Shown in pieces: positions 30,220-39,725 of a stretch of DNA of 64,000 nucleotides. The DNA is taken from contig CBDFJF010000001.1 of assembly GCA_965248265.1 (NCBI GenBank), positions 288,001 through 352,000 on the forward strand. The letters are read 5' to 3'. Origin of the DNA: Candidatus Latescibacterota bacterium (GTDB lineage: Bacteria; Latescibacterota; UBA2968; UBA8231). A program made the translations under genes and the position numbers. The notes below the pieces were generated by a model. The model saw only the letters and a program-made list of their open reading frames with translations, did not search any database and was not told the DNA's origin. Position 1 is the stretch's first letter. Every line of letters starts with the position of its first letter.

Positions 30220-33200
30220 ATGTTCAGATTCTCATCCTACATTGCGGCGATCCTGTTCGCCGGACTCGGTGCTGCAGAGGCGACACCACCGATCTTCGAG
30301 AACAGGACGCCGGTCGGGTTCTCGGTCGAGGACAGCACGACGACGGAGGATTTTATCGTCAGCAGCGAAGTCACCGTTCGTGTGGATTTGAACCAGGCTG
30401 CGAGTGAGGAGTATCCGGTAGTCGGCCACTTTCATCCACTCGAACAGAGTCTTCAGATCGGTACAACGGATACCGATGGTATGCAGGTTGACATCGCCAT
30501 GGTGAACGTGGCGCCCTTCGGAGTCAACGCCAATCAACCGGATGCCGGCGACACGACTCTGCAGATCACTCCAGTCATCCACACGGCCTGGATCGAGGAG
30601 TCCATCTACGACACCGGTCCCATCTACACGGTCGGAGCCACGCCCGCGTACGAAGTCATGTACGCGCGAAGTTACGATGGCGGCGACACCTTCACGACGC
30701 CGATAAGCGTGTCCAGCGGAGTCAGCTATTACCTGCTGACCGTGACCGGTACCTCGTTTTCGACGCTCGATCTCGAAGTGGAGAGCGGTGGCAATCCGCA
30801 CGTGACCTTCGCTTTTGTGTCGACGGCCGACCGCGTGCGCAAGAGGAATGTCTACTACACGCGCTCAGCCGACGGCGGGACGACATGGGATACACCGGTG
30901 ACCGTGAATGACCACAATACCGTCGGCAATCTCGAAGGACGCAGGGCGGCGTTTCCGCGGATGGCCATCGATGACCGCGACAACATCTTCATTAGCTACG
31001 TCCGCGGAGCCAGTCGGGGTACCGGCACGGGCGACGTCATGCTGGCGAAGGTCAACCGAGATAATTTCGGGATTGTCGGCATCGGCGAGGCCGGCGTTGC
31101 AGGCACCGGTGGTGTGCGCCTGACCGACGATGCCAAGAGGCACACGGGCCCGGACCTGGCGGTCGGTGACGGCGACGCGCTGCACGTGATCTATTTCAAC
31201 GATGATGATGATGTGGTCGAACACAAGCGTTCGAGTACGGACACGACCTGGATCGACCTGAGCTCCACGGGATGGGACCAGAATGTCGATGGGGCGGTCG
31301 TGGGGGCGTTCGTCGATGAACTCGTGAACACAGCGGTGGAACAGGAAGCGGATTTCTACTTTCCATCGGTCACCGTGGACAGGCTGATGTTGCCTGACCG
31401 GGTCTACGCGCTATACAAATTCGGCGATACCGGCGAGGAGACGATCAATTTCAACCAGTATGATGACGATGGTGGCACGGTTGCCTGGGGCACGGCCTCT
31501 GCCGTCTGGAGCACGGGCGGTACGCTGTTCCTTGATGGCGACACGGACTACAACATCGAACTCGACTGGACCATCACCGAACGGGTATCGGCCGTCGTCG
31601 ACGACAGGCTGGAGGACCGTGGGGACCTGCACATCGCTTTCACTGCCGGGTACAGCAATACCGCCGGAGGACCGAGCGAACACGATGTGTTTTACGCGCG
31701 GTACAATGGCGCCAGCTGGACGTTGCCAGAAAAAGTCGCCGACGACGACTCCGACGGCGTTGGCAACACCTCGGATGGCATCGCCGCGGCCGACGCCTTC
31801 CTCTTGAGTCCGGCCATCGCACAGCACCCGGATTTCGACAGCATATTCCTGGCCTTCGCCGGAGGTACGGACGAAGGGTTCGGAGTGAAAGGTGTCACGG
31901 ACGTCAACCAGCATCCGTATTTCAAGATCCTGGGACGGGTAATCTCCTCTGAGGATGACTCGGTTCCCATAGGGGGCTACGAGTACAATCTTTCCTACAC
32001 GCCGACGAATCCGCAGACGGTAGCTTCGGAGGTGGCGGACAATCCGATCTACGTCCACGTGGCAGATCCAGACGATGGTAGTGGCCTCGGCGCCGACGAC
32101 AACAATGACGATGGCTTTCTGACCGGCAGTTGGGAGAGCGTGGGTTCGACGCTGGCCGACGACGACAAGTTCTTCGAGGGGTTGATCAACGAGGATTCGA
32201 ATTCGACCAACGAATGGGGAGATGATGACGACAAGATCGGTTTGTTGCTCAAGTTGAACGTGCTGGGCGTCGATTCCACGACGAATCTGCAGGTTGTAAC
32301 CAATAGCACCGCAAGTGCCGCTGGCACTGGATTCGGCGCACGCTCCGTACGCGTCGGATCGACACCGGTCGTCGGTTTTACCAGCGGAGCCTACTTTGCT
32401 CTGGGAGCGAACATTGACATCGTGCCGTCGAACGCAGCACCCACAGTGGCTGTGCTGGAGCCGGATGGCACCGGTGACACCGCAGACACGTCCTTCCTCA
32501 TCGAATACGACCTGAACGATGCCGACGACGATCTCGACGCGGGTATGACTGCCGCGCTTTATGCCTACCCTTCTGATAACCTGGGGACGGTGAGGGATAT
32601 CCGGATTTTCGCGACACTCATCGCGGATGAGAATGATGTCTCGGCGAACAATGTCAACGGCACCGACGATCTGGAAGAAGGCAACAACCGGGACTATACC
32701 TGGGATGACCCCTCTGACGCTCTGAAAAGCAACCTGTTCGCGTCCATCTTCCGCGTGCCGAGTGGCTCTTACTTCATCTATCTGGTCGCCGACGACGGCA
32801 ACAACCCGCCGGTATTCGCCGTCAGCTCAGGCCCCCTCAGTATCGTACACAGCCCGATCGTTCAGCAGGTCGACCCGATTGTTGCTGACACCGTGGATTC
32901 CGGAGTGCGTACCGGCCTCAAGGCGAATCCATACGACCTCGACTTCAGCGTCGTCGACCACGACAGCGATGCCCGCGTGCAGCTGTTCTACGCCTCGGTC
33001 AGCGGCATCACTTCCGTTTCCGTGACCGGTTCCTACCCGAATCAGCGTTTTGTCCTGGGAAAAAGCGTGGCGGGCACTCGCGGCATCGCCATCACGGATT
33101 CGACGATTTTGACGGACCTAGACAGGGAGTTTTCGTGGGATATCACCGATTCCGTCTTCGTAGCGGGAGACTCAGCCATCGTCGACGACGGGACCTACTT

Positions 33201-35913
33201 CCTCTATGCGGTGGCGACAGATTCGATAAACGTCAGCGTCGGCAACAGTGCCACGTCCCTGGTAGTCAAGCACTCGCCCTCGTTCGAATTCTTCGAGCCT
33301 GCTGAAGACACCCAACGCAGCATCGACTCGGGCTCCCAATCCGCTTACACGATCCAATGGCAAAAGGGACCCGGGGACGATGATTACGATGACAATGCCT
33401 CGATCGATCTGTACTTCACGACGGATGATCCGGCCGTCGTCGATCATTCGACTGAGGCAGGCGCAACGACGGACGCTCTGATCAACGATGCCGACACCAA
33501 AACGATCGTCACCGGCCTTACCGAAGATGGGGATGGATCCTCTGACATGTACGTGTGGAATCTGCAAACGCCACCCAATAACATCCCCGTGAGCGGCGCG
33601 CAGGTGTGGGTTTACGCTGTCGCGATCGGTGCCACGGATACGACCGTGGCCCGGGGCGGTTCAGTCACCATCACGCACACGCCATACATGCGGTTGAATA
33701 CCCGGATGCCGGAGATCAACCAGGGTGATGTCATCAGGCTCGAATGGGAGGCCTACATGGTGGACGACGGATCCAGCACGGACGATGCCTACATCCGACT
33801 GTACGCGTCAACGAGCAGTGGCTTGACCACGGCGCAGGACCTCGAGGCCAACCTGGTAGGAGAGGGTGGGGCTGATAACACGTATATCATCAACAGTAGT
33901 GACGGCACTGCCACCGGGACGATCACGTCGATCCGTGAGACGGACGGAGATGCCTTCTCCTGGGATACCAACACCAGCACATTCACCCTGGATGAGGGAA
34001 ACTACGCCATCTACGCTGCCATCAGTGGGGATGCCACGTTCGTCGACAACACCCGGGGCAGAGTCAGTGAGTCTTCCAACCTGCTATCTGTGAAGACCAG
34101 TCAGGGCACTACGCCCAACATGGTTGTCAGCCCTAACGAGCTTATCGCCAGTGTCGGTGATACATTGACATTCGAGGTGCTCGTACAGACCGACGGCATC
34201 CCCGCCACTATGGTGTCGGCGATCATGGATTTTCCAACGAATCTCGATACGGTCAGCTTCAGTCCATTCACCGATCTGGGTGAGGTGTTCTCCGGAGGCT
34301 CCGTGATCGAGGACACGACCATTGGCAATCAACTTCGCTATACGAGAACGGGTACCGCAGAGATCATCGGAACCACGGAAGATCCAGCGCGCCTGGCCAG
34401 TTTCCAACTGGTCGTCACCAGCCCCTTCAACGGGAAAACCAGCATTTCGTTCGACGATACAGAGGCGGCCCTCAGCATCGTCGGCCGCTCGGCTCCTCTG
34501 ACTGAGACCACGGGGATGTCTGCCTTTGACGCTGAGATTCAATCGGCTCCGCGGGGGCGCATTCTGGCCACGGTCCTGCTCGAGGGACGCGCGCCCCCAG
34601 TGGGTAGTGGCAATCACAAGACTCGACTGGACGTGCACCTTCGTGTGCCCGGTAGTACGATAGACATCGGCGATGCGATATTCACCGCAGCCAACGACGA
34701 CGTGCCGGGTACGGCTGACACCGTAGAAGTTGAGACCTCGTCGGCCGGAGGACTGGCCCTCTTGAGCGTGCCGCAGGGTCGTTACGTCCTCACCTTCAAG
34801 GATTCGAGCCATCTGAGTGGTCGCACGGATACGCTGACGATTCGCAACGGTGAGACGATCGTGTTGAGCTCCGCAGAAGGGTTGTTCGCATCCGACATTC
34901 GGGGCGATGCTTCGTTCCTGCTCAGTCAGGACGGCAAACTGCTCAAGGCCGGTGATGCAACCGGGGACAACGAGATCGACGAGGACGACGTCAACGCCAT
35001 TGACGCGGCATGGGGTACCGATAACACGAAATCGGGTTTCGCGCGTGCCGACCTCAACAACGACGAGCGTGTCGGAGTCGAGGATCTCACAGTGACGACG
35101 TCCAACATCAGCAATAGCACTGGTTTTGGAGCGCCGCCTGTATTCAAGCGCATGGGGCCGGGCCCCCAGTCTGTCGACGCACCTGCCTTGGCACTGTCCG
35201 CTCCCGGTTTCAAAGGCCAGTGGCGCAGCGGATCCCAGATCGAGTTGCTGTTTACGGCGACCGGGCTGCGCGATCTAGCCGGGTACAGCCTGGAATTGGA
35301 TTATGATCCACTCGAGATGGATCTGGTGCGACCGCCCACTACCAGCAGCACCGGACGGCACATCTTCGCGTCCAATCCGAATGGCTATTTCGAGCATCTC
35401 AGTATCGAGCCGGGACGCGTGGCGGTGGCAGCAGCACGCCTGGGGACTGACTGGACTGCCGATGGCGACGGGGAAGTCATGCGCCTGCGCATCAGGTTGA
35501 ATCGGGATGGTTTCCCCGAGTCGCTGCGCGTTCGCGAAGGAAAACTGTTGAGCGCAGCCTACGAGGCCACCGAGTTGAACCTCGCCGGCGATCCCTTCCT
35601 GCTGGCACTGCCCAGGGAGTTGGCGGTGCGGCAGAATTACCCCAATCCGTTCAATCCGACGACGACGATTCCGTTCGAAGTCCCGGCGGCTCAATCTTCG
35701 GCGACGGTGGCTGTGCCCGTATCAGTCGAGATTTTCAATACACTCGGACAGCTGGTTCGTACCCTGGTGCGGGAGGACCTGCACCCGGGATACCACCGTG
35801 CGTCCTGGGACGGCCGCAACGGCTCCGGACACGGCGTCGCCACCGGGATGTATCTGTACCGCGTGCGGGCTGGAGAGCTGAGCAAGTCGGGCAGGATGAC
35901 GCTGATCAAGTAG
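30220..35913 (+). CDS. Giant secreted multidomain protein B, full-length paralog of A
   Basis: Signal peptide and the same domain order; shared blocks YNIELDWT, WTLPEKVADDDSD, EWGDD.DKIGLL.KLNVLG, GFGAPPV; ends QNYPNPFNPTTTI...GRMTLIK. Confidence 0.9.
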   Translation: MFRFSSYIAAILFAGLGAAEATPPIFENRTPVGFSVEDSTTTEDFIVSSEVTVRVDLNQAASEEYPVVGHFHPLEQSLQIGTTDTDGMQVDIAMVNVAPFGVNANQPDAGDTTLQITPVIHTAWIEESIYDTGPIYTVGATPAYEVMYARSYDGGDTFTTPISVSSGVSYYLLTVTGTSFSTLDLEVESGGNPHVTFAFVSTADRVRKRNVYYTRSADGGTTWDTPVTVNDHNTVGNLEGRRAAFPRMAIDDRDNIFISYVRGASRGTGTGDVMLAKVNRDNFGIVGIGEAGVAGTGGVRLTDDAKRHTGPDLAVGDGDALHVIYFNDDDDVVEHKRSSTDTTWIDLSSTGWDQNVDGAVVGAFVDELVNTAVEQEADFYFPSVTVDRLMLPDRVYALYKFGDTGEETINFNQYDDDGGTVAWGTASAVWSTGGTLFLDGDTDYNIELDWTITERVSAVVDDRLEDRGDLHIAFTAGYSNTAGGPSEHDVFYARYNGASWTLPEKVADDDSDGVGNTSDGIAAADAFLLSPAIAQHPDFDSIFLAFAGGTDEGFGVKGVTDVNQHPYFKILGRVISSEDDSVPIGGYEYNLSYTPTNPQTVASEVADNPIYVHVADPDDGSGLGADDNNDDGFLTGSWESVGSTLADDDKFFEGLINEDSNSTNEWGDDDDKIGLLLKLNVLGVDSTTNLQVVTNSTASAAGTGFGARSVRVGSTPVVGFTSGAYFALGANIDIVPSNAAPTVAVLEPDGTGDTADTSFLIEYDLNDADDDLDAGMTAALYAYPSDNLGTVRDIRIFATLIADENDVSANNVNGTDDLEEGNNRDYTWDDPSDALKSNLFASIFRVPSGSYFIYLVADDGNNPPVFAVSSGPLSIVHSPIVQQVDPIVADTVDSGVRTGLKANPYDLDFSVVDHDSDARVQLFYASVSGITSVSVTGSYPNQRFVLGKSVAGTRGIAITDSTILTDLDREFSWDITDSVFVAGDSAIVDDGTYFLYAVATDSINVSVGNSATSLVVKHSPSFEFFEPAEDTQRSIDSGSQSAYTIQWQKGPGDDDYDDNASIDLYFTTDDPAVVDHSTEAGATTDALINDADTKTIVTGLTEDGDGSSDMYVWNLQTPPNNIPVSGAQVWVYAVAIGATDTTVARGGSVTITHTPYMRLNTRMPEINQGDVIRLEWEAYMVDDGSSTDDAYIRLYASTSSGLTTAQDLEANLVGEGGADNTYIINSSDGTATGTITSIRETDGDAFSWDTNTSTFTLDEGNYAIYAAISGDATFVDNTRGRVSESSNLLSVKTSQGTTPNMVVSPNELIASVGDTLTFEVLVQTDGIPATMVSAIMDFPTNLDTVSFSPFTDLGEVFSGGSVIEDTTIGNQLRYTRTGTAEIIGTTEDPARLASFQLVVTSPFNGKTSISFDDTEAALSIVGRSAPLTETTGMSAFDAEIQSAPRGRILATVLLEGRAPPVGSGNHKTRLDVHLRVPGSTIDIGDAIFTAANDDVPGTADTVEVETSSAGGLALLSVPQGRYVLTFKDSSHLSGRTDTLTIRNGETIVLSSAEGLFASDIRGDASFLLSQDGKLLKAGDATGDNEIDEDDVNAIDAAWGTDNTKSGFARADLNNDERVGVEDLTVTTSNISNSTGFGAPPVFKRMGPGPQSVDAPALALSAPGFKGQWRSGSQIELLFTATGLRDLAGYSLELDYDPLEMDLVRPPTTSSTGRHIFASNPNGYFEHLSIEPGRVAVAAARLGTDWTADGDGEVMRLRIRLNRDGFPESLRVREGKLLSAAYEATELNLAGDPFLLALPRELAVRQNYPNPFNPTTTIPFEVPAAQSSATVAVPVSVEIFNTLGQLVRTLVREDLHPGYHRASWDGRNGSGHGVATGMYLYRVRAGELSKSGRMTLIK

Positions 35914-35971
35914 TCATCACGATGCGGCGCGGCGACGCATTGGAGAGCATGACGCCGATCCTCCATATTTC

Positions 35972-36883
35972 ATGACCGGCGTTGGGGCAGACATTGGTAG
36001 GGCCGCCAACCCGAAAATTCGGAACGGACGAATGATGGATACCCCACCACTCGCGCTCGTCGTCACCGCGCGCCACCTGCGATCGTTGATCATCGTCGCA
36101 ACTGGTCTTGCGATGATGGCGCCGGCGGAGAGTCGGGCCGAGTTCGATCCCCCGCGGATCACGGATGTCATCCGTCTTGTCGATCGGGGTGCTCTCAACA
36201 CCTCCAGCCTGCGAAAGCTCTACAACATCGACAAAGGCCAGGAGACCAACATTACCAACGGCGACACGCTCAATGTCTACCGCGAGAAACGCATCTCCTC
36301 GCTTGTCCAGCAGCAAGTACGCATCTTCGTGGGAACGCTGACGATCACCGACGCTCATGAGGGATCTGCCCTGGGTGTTTTCGAGCCCAACGAGATAGCG
36401 GGCAGGAACCACGCGGTTCGGCACAAGTCGGCAATGAAGGGTGATTTCGTGATACCCCGGCTGGTGCTCGACTCCAACGTGCTGTTCCAGGCGGCGAGGG
36501 CAGAACTGCTGGGAATCGCCCGGCAGGAGTTCTTGAAAGTGGCCGACTTCATCAAGTTTCATTCCCCCTCCAAGCTCATCATCGAGGGGCACACCGACGC
36601 CGATGGCGATGATGCTTACAACAAGGACCTGTCGCAGCGACGGGCAGAGTCCGTGCGCAGGCTACTGGTCGATGAAAATGATTTCATAACCGAGGACATG
36701 ATCGAAGCCAAAGGCTACGGTGAGGAGCGGCCGCGGGTGAAGAACGATACCGCAATCAACAAGGCGCTCAATCGCCGCATTGAGGTACTCGTGTGGTGGG
36801 AGAGCCTGGAAGAGCGCGTCGACGCAACCGAGTTGGAACTGGATGAAGAGGCGCTGCTCGAAGCTGGAGTTGAAGAAGAATAG
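35972..36883 (+). CDS. Secreted OmpA-C (peptidoglycan-binding) domain protein 1
   Basis: IEGHTDADG, LSQRRAESV, GYGEERP, NRRIEV; N-terminal beta-rich domain. True start is probably downstream, at the MMDTPP methionines. Confidence 0.88.
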   Translation: MTGVGADIGRAANPKIRNGRMMDTPPLALVVTARHLRSLIIVATGLAMMAPAESRAEFDPPRITDVIRLVDRGALNTSSLRKLYNIDKGQETNITNGDTLNVYREKRISSLVQQQVRIFVGTLTITDAHEGSALGVFEPNEIAGRNHAVRHKSAMKGDFVIPRLVLDSNVLFQAARAELLGIARQEFLKVADFIKFHSPSKLIIEGHTDADGDDAYNKDLSQRRAESVRRLLVDENDFITEDMIEAKGYGEERPRVKNDTAINKALNRRIEVLVWWESLEERVDATELELDEEALLEAGVEEE

Positions 36884-37687
36884 GTGCATGATGCAGGCAA
36901 CAACAGGATGAGAGCTATGACCAACTACTCCAGAGCCGAACACCCGGTGGGACGGGCCAGCGGCCTGCTTTTCGCACTGGTGGTGCTGTCCGTTGTGGTT
37001 TTTACCGGGGACAGCAATGCACAGTTCAAACCACCCCGTATCATTTATGTGATCAATGCCGCCGATCTCGGTATCGCGATACCGGAAGGCGCCGATGACC
37101 GGCAGTACTACATCGATCGCGGTCAGGAATCGAACATAAACAACGGTGATACCCTCAACGTCTATCGCGAGAAACGGTTGTCGCGGCAGATTGCCAGACC
37201 GCTGAAGGTTTTTGTGGGTACGCTCGTGGTAACGGACGCGCAACAGGGATCGGCGCTTGGCAACTTCATAGCCAACGCCTCGATCATGGACAATCCCCTC
37301 ATCCGTTACAAGGTCGGCATGAAGGGGGACCTGGTGGTGCCGCGTATCGTCATCGATTCGAGTGTGCTGTTCAGCGCCGGCAGTGCCGGCCTCGAGTCCG
37401 GGGCAACGGCAGAGTTTGACAAGGTAGCGGATTTCGTCCAGCTCTACTCGCCTTCCAAGCTGTTCATCGACGGCCACACCGACTCGGACGGGGATGCGCG
37501 AGCGAACAAAGAGCTTTCCGAGGATCGGGCCGACGCCGTCAGGCGGGTCCTCGTAGAGGGGTACGACCACATCACGGACGCCATGGTCGAGGCCCGCGGC
37601 TACGGTGAGGAGCGACCGATGGTCAAGAACGACACTAAAGCGAACAAGGCCCTCAACCGGCGTATCGAAGTCCTGGTGTGGCAATAG
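36884..37687 (+). CDS. Secreted OmpA-C domain protein 2, paralog of the upstream gene
   Basis: IDGHTDSDG, LSEDRADAV, GYGEERP, NRRIEV; shares NGDTLNVYREKR with paralog 1. Confidence 0.88.
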   Translation: MHDAGNNRMRAMTNYSRAEHPVGRASGLLFALVVLSVVVFTGDSNAQFKPPRIIYVINAADLGIAIPEGADDRQYYIDRGQESNINNGDTLNVYREKRLSRQIARPLKVFVGTLVVTDAQQGSALGNFIANASIMDNPLIRYKVGMKGDLVVPRIVIDSSVLFSAGSAGLESGATAEFDKVADFVQLYSPSKLFIDGHTDSDGDARANKELSEDRADAVRRVLVEGYDHITDAMVEARGYGEERPMVKNDTKANKALNRRIEVLVWQ

Positions 37688-38277
37688 ACGGTCGCAGCGG
37701 GCTGGAACAGCAGATCGGCTTCATCCTCGAAGTCGAGAAGCTCAAGCAGGTCTTCCGGCAGACCCTGCTGGTGGATGACAAGCGGCGGGAAAACGACGCC
37801 GAGCACTCCTGGCACCTGGCGTTGATGGCACTGCTTTTGGAGCAGCATGCAGCCGGGGAAGTCGATGTCCTCCGTGTAGTCAAGATGGTCCTCATCCACG
37901 ACATCGTCGAGATCGACGCCGGCGACACCTTCGCCTACGACGAAGCGGGTCAGGAAGGCAAGGAGGAGCGCGAGCGCGAAGCTGCCGCCCGCATCTTCGG
38001 GTTGCTACCGGCGGAGGACGGGAATGAGTTGGTGCAGCTTTGGGAGGAGTTCGAGGCCAGACAGAGTGCCGATGCCCGCTACGCCAACGCCCTCGACCGC
38101 TTTCAGCCCCTGTTGCTCAACTACCACGCCGGTGGTGATACCTGGCGCCGGCACGGCGTCCGCAAGGATCAAGTCATCGCACGTAACCGCCACATAAGCG
38201 AGGGCGCTCCGGCGCTTTGGGAATACGCTAAAAAACTGATCGACCGAGCAGTAGCTGAAGGCAAGCTGGACGTCTGA
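37678..38277 (+). CDS. HD-domain phosphohydrolase (YfbR/HDDC2-like)
   Basis: RENDAEHSW, IHDIVEIDAGD, LWEEFE, ALDRFQP. Confidence 0.9.
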   Translation: MAIDGRSGLEQQIGFILEVEKLKQVFRQTLLVDDKRRENDAEHSWHLALMALLLEQHAAGEVDVLRVVKMVLIHDIVEIDAGDTFAYDEAGQEGKEEREREAAARIFGLLPAEDGNELVQLWEEFEARQSADARYANALDRFQPLLLNYHAGGDTWRRHGVRKDQVIARNRHISEGAPALWEYAKKLIDRAVAEGKLDV

Positions 38278-38291
38278 GTGAATACAGGATC

Positions 38292-39614
38292 CTACGGGAC
38301 CGACACTGGCGCGAAGCGATCCAGTTGCCAGCGATCGGCCAACACTTTGCCCAGGCGTACCCTTACCCTCACATCACCGGCGTCGTAACTGCGCTCCAGC
38401 ACCTCGCCCTGCTCATGCAATTGCGATAGCAGGCGTCCTTCACGCTGCGGAATCAGCAATTCCAGCGTGACGTCCTGCTGACTGCAATGGTGGAGGATGA
38501 TCTCCTTCAGCGCATCGAGGCCGGCGCCACTCAACGCGGACACCGCCACTCGGTCGCTGGGCGCCGACTCCTGTGTGGGACGCTGGTGTTGCTCACCCTC
38601 CAATTGGTCGATCTTGTTGAAGACGAGGACGCGCGGCTTGTCCATCACCCCGAGCTGGGCCAGAACCTTGTCCACGGCATCGATCTGCGCTTCGTAGTGG
38701 TCATGGCTGAAGTCGACGACGTGCAGGAGCAGGTCGGCCTCCTCGGTCTCGGCCAGGGTGGCTCTGAACGAGGCGAACAGGTGTTGAGGCAGCTTGCGGA
38801 TAAAACCGACAGTATCCGTGAGCAGGATGCGCTTGCTCTGATCCAATTCGACGGCTCTGGTGGTTGAGTCCAGGGTGGCAAACAGTTGATCCTGGATCAG
38901 CACCTCCGACCCGGAGAGGGCTCGCATCAAGGTCGATTTGCCGGCGTTGGTGTAGCCGACCAGGGCCACCCGGAAGGAATCGGCACGGCTCTTCCTTCCT
39001 GTCCTCATCTGGCCGTCGATGCGCTCCAATTCCCGCGTCAGGGCGCTGATCCGGTCGCGGATCAAGCGACGGTCCGTCTCCAACTGGGTCTCGCCGGGAC
39101 CGCGCACACCAGCGGCTCCCATGCCTCGAATGGCGCCGCCCCCCGCCTGGCGCGAAAGGTGAGTCCACTGTCGGGTCAGTCTTGGTAGTAGGTATTTGAG
39201 TTGAGCGAGCTCTACTTGTAATTGCGCGGTGCGGGTGCTGGCGTGTTGGGCAAAGATGTCGAGGATCAGACCGCTCCGATCGAGAATGCGCATGTCCGTC
39301 AGTGTTTCGAGGTTGCGCATCTGAGCCGGCGACAGGTCGTCGTCGAAGACGATGAGACCGGCTCCAGTACTACTGGCCAGGGACTTCAGCTCAGCCGCTT
39401 TCCCCTTGCCGATGAAATGGGTAGGATCGATGCGTCGGCGCGCCTGAACCACGCGCTCGACAACGGTCAGTGTGGCCGTGTCAGCCAATCGATCGAGCTC
39501 GTCAAGAGAGTCTTCCGTCTCCCATGACGGCGCGGTCGTCAGTCTGACTCCAACCAGCAGGGCGGACTGTCCCTGAAGCTCTTGTGAAGAAGGTTCACCC
39601 AACGAGTCGGCCAA
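38292..39614 (-). CDS. hflX: GTPase HflX
   Basis: GPGETQLETDRR, GYTNAGKS, LFATLD, DTVGFI, NKID. Confidence 0.97.
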   Translation of the reverse strand: MADSLGEPSSQELQGQSALLVGVRLTTAPSWETEDSLDELDRLADTATLTVVERVVQARRRIDPTHFIGKGKAAELKSLASSTGAGLIVFDDDLSPAQMRNLETLTDMRILDRSGLILDIFAQHASTRTAQLQVELAQLKYLLPRLTRQWTHLSRQAGGGAIRGMGAAGVRGPGETQLETDRRLIRDRISALTRELERIDGQMRTGRKSRADSFRVALVGYTNAGKSTLMRALSGSEVLIQDQLFATLDSTTRAVELDQSKRILLTDTVGFIRKLPQHLFASFRATLAETEEADLLLHVVDFSHDHYEAQIDAVDKVLAQLGVMDKPRVLVFNKIDQLEGEQHQRPTQESAPSDRVAVSALSGAGLDALKEIILHHCSQQDVTLELLIPQREGRLLSQLHEQGEVLERSYDAGDVRVRVRLGKVLADRWQLDRFAPVSVP

Positions 39615-39668
39615 TTCACTGAAGAGGATGATTCAACTAAGTGTGTTATCGAGCAATATTCGAGGCGC

Positions 39669-39684
39669 CTTGACTAATGTCAAG
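39669..39684. promoter_or_regulatory. Perfect palindrome CTTGAC-TAAT-GTCAAG between divergent hflX and lon
   Basis: Read directly; TTGAC-N4-GTCAA resembles CRP/FNR-family boxes. Confidence 0.5.
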
Positions 39685-39725
39685 CAAGACTCTTGCGTTA
39701 GAAAACACTCTACGAAGGTCATGCC

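Noticed and set aside
24325-35913. Giants as sialidases or a true cellulosome
   Set aside because: Asp-boxes alone are structural. I could not identify a RIP motif or any glycoside-hydrolase catalytic domain, though an HMM search is needed to exclude one.
24325-35913. A/B duplication as an assembly artefact
   Set aside because: The copies differ throughout by substitutions and indels while both frames stay open.
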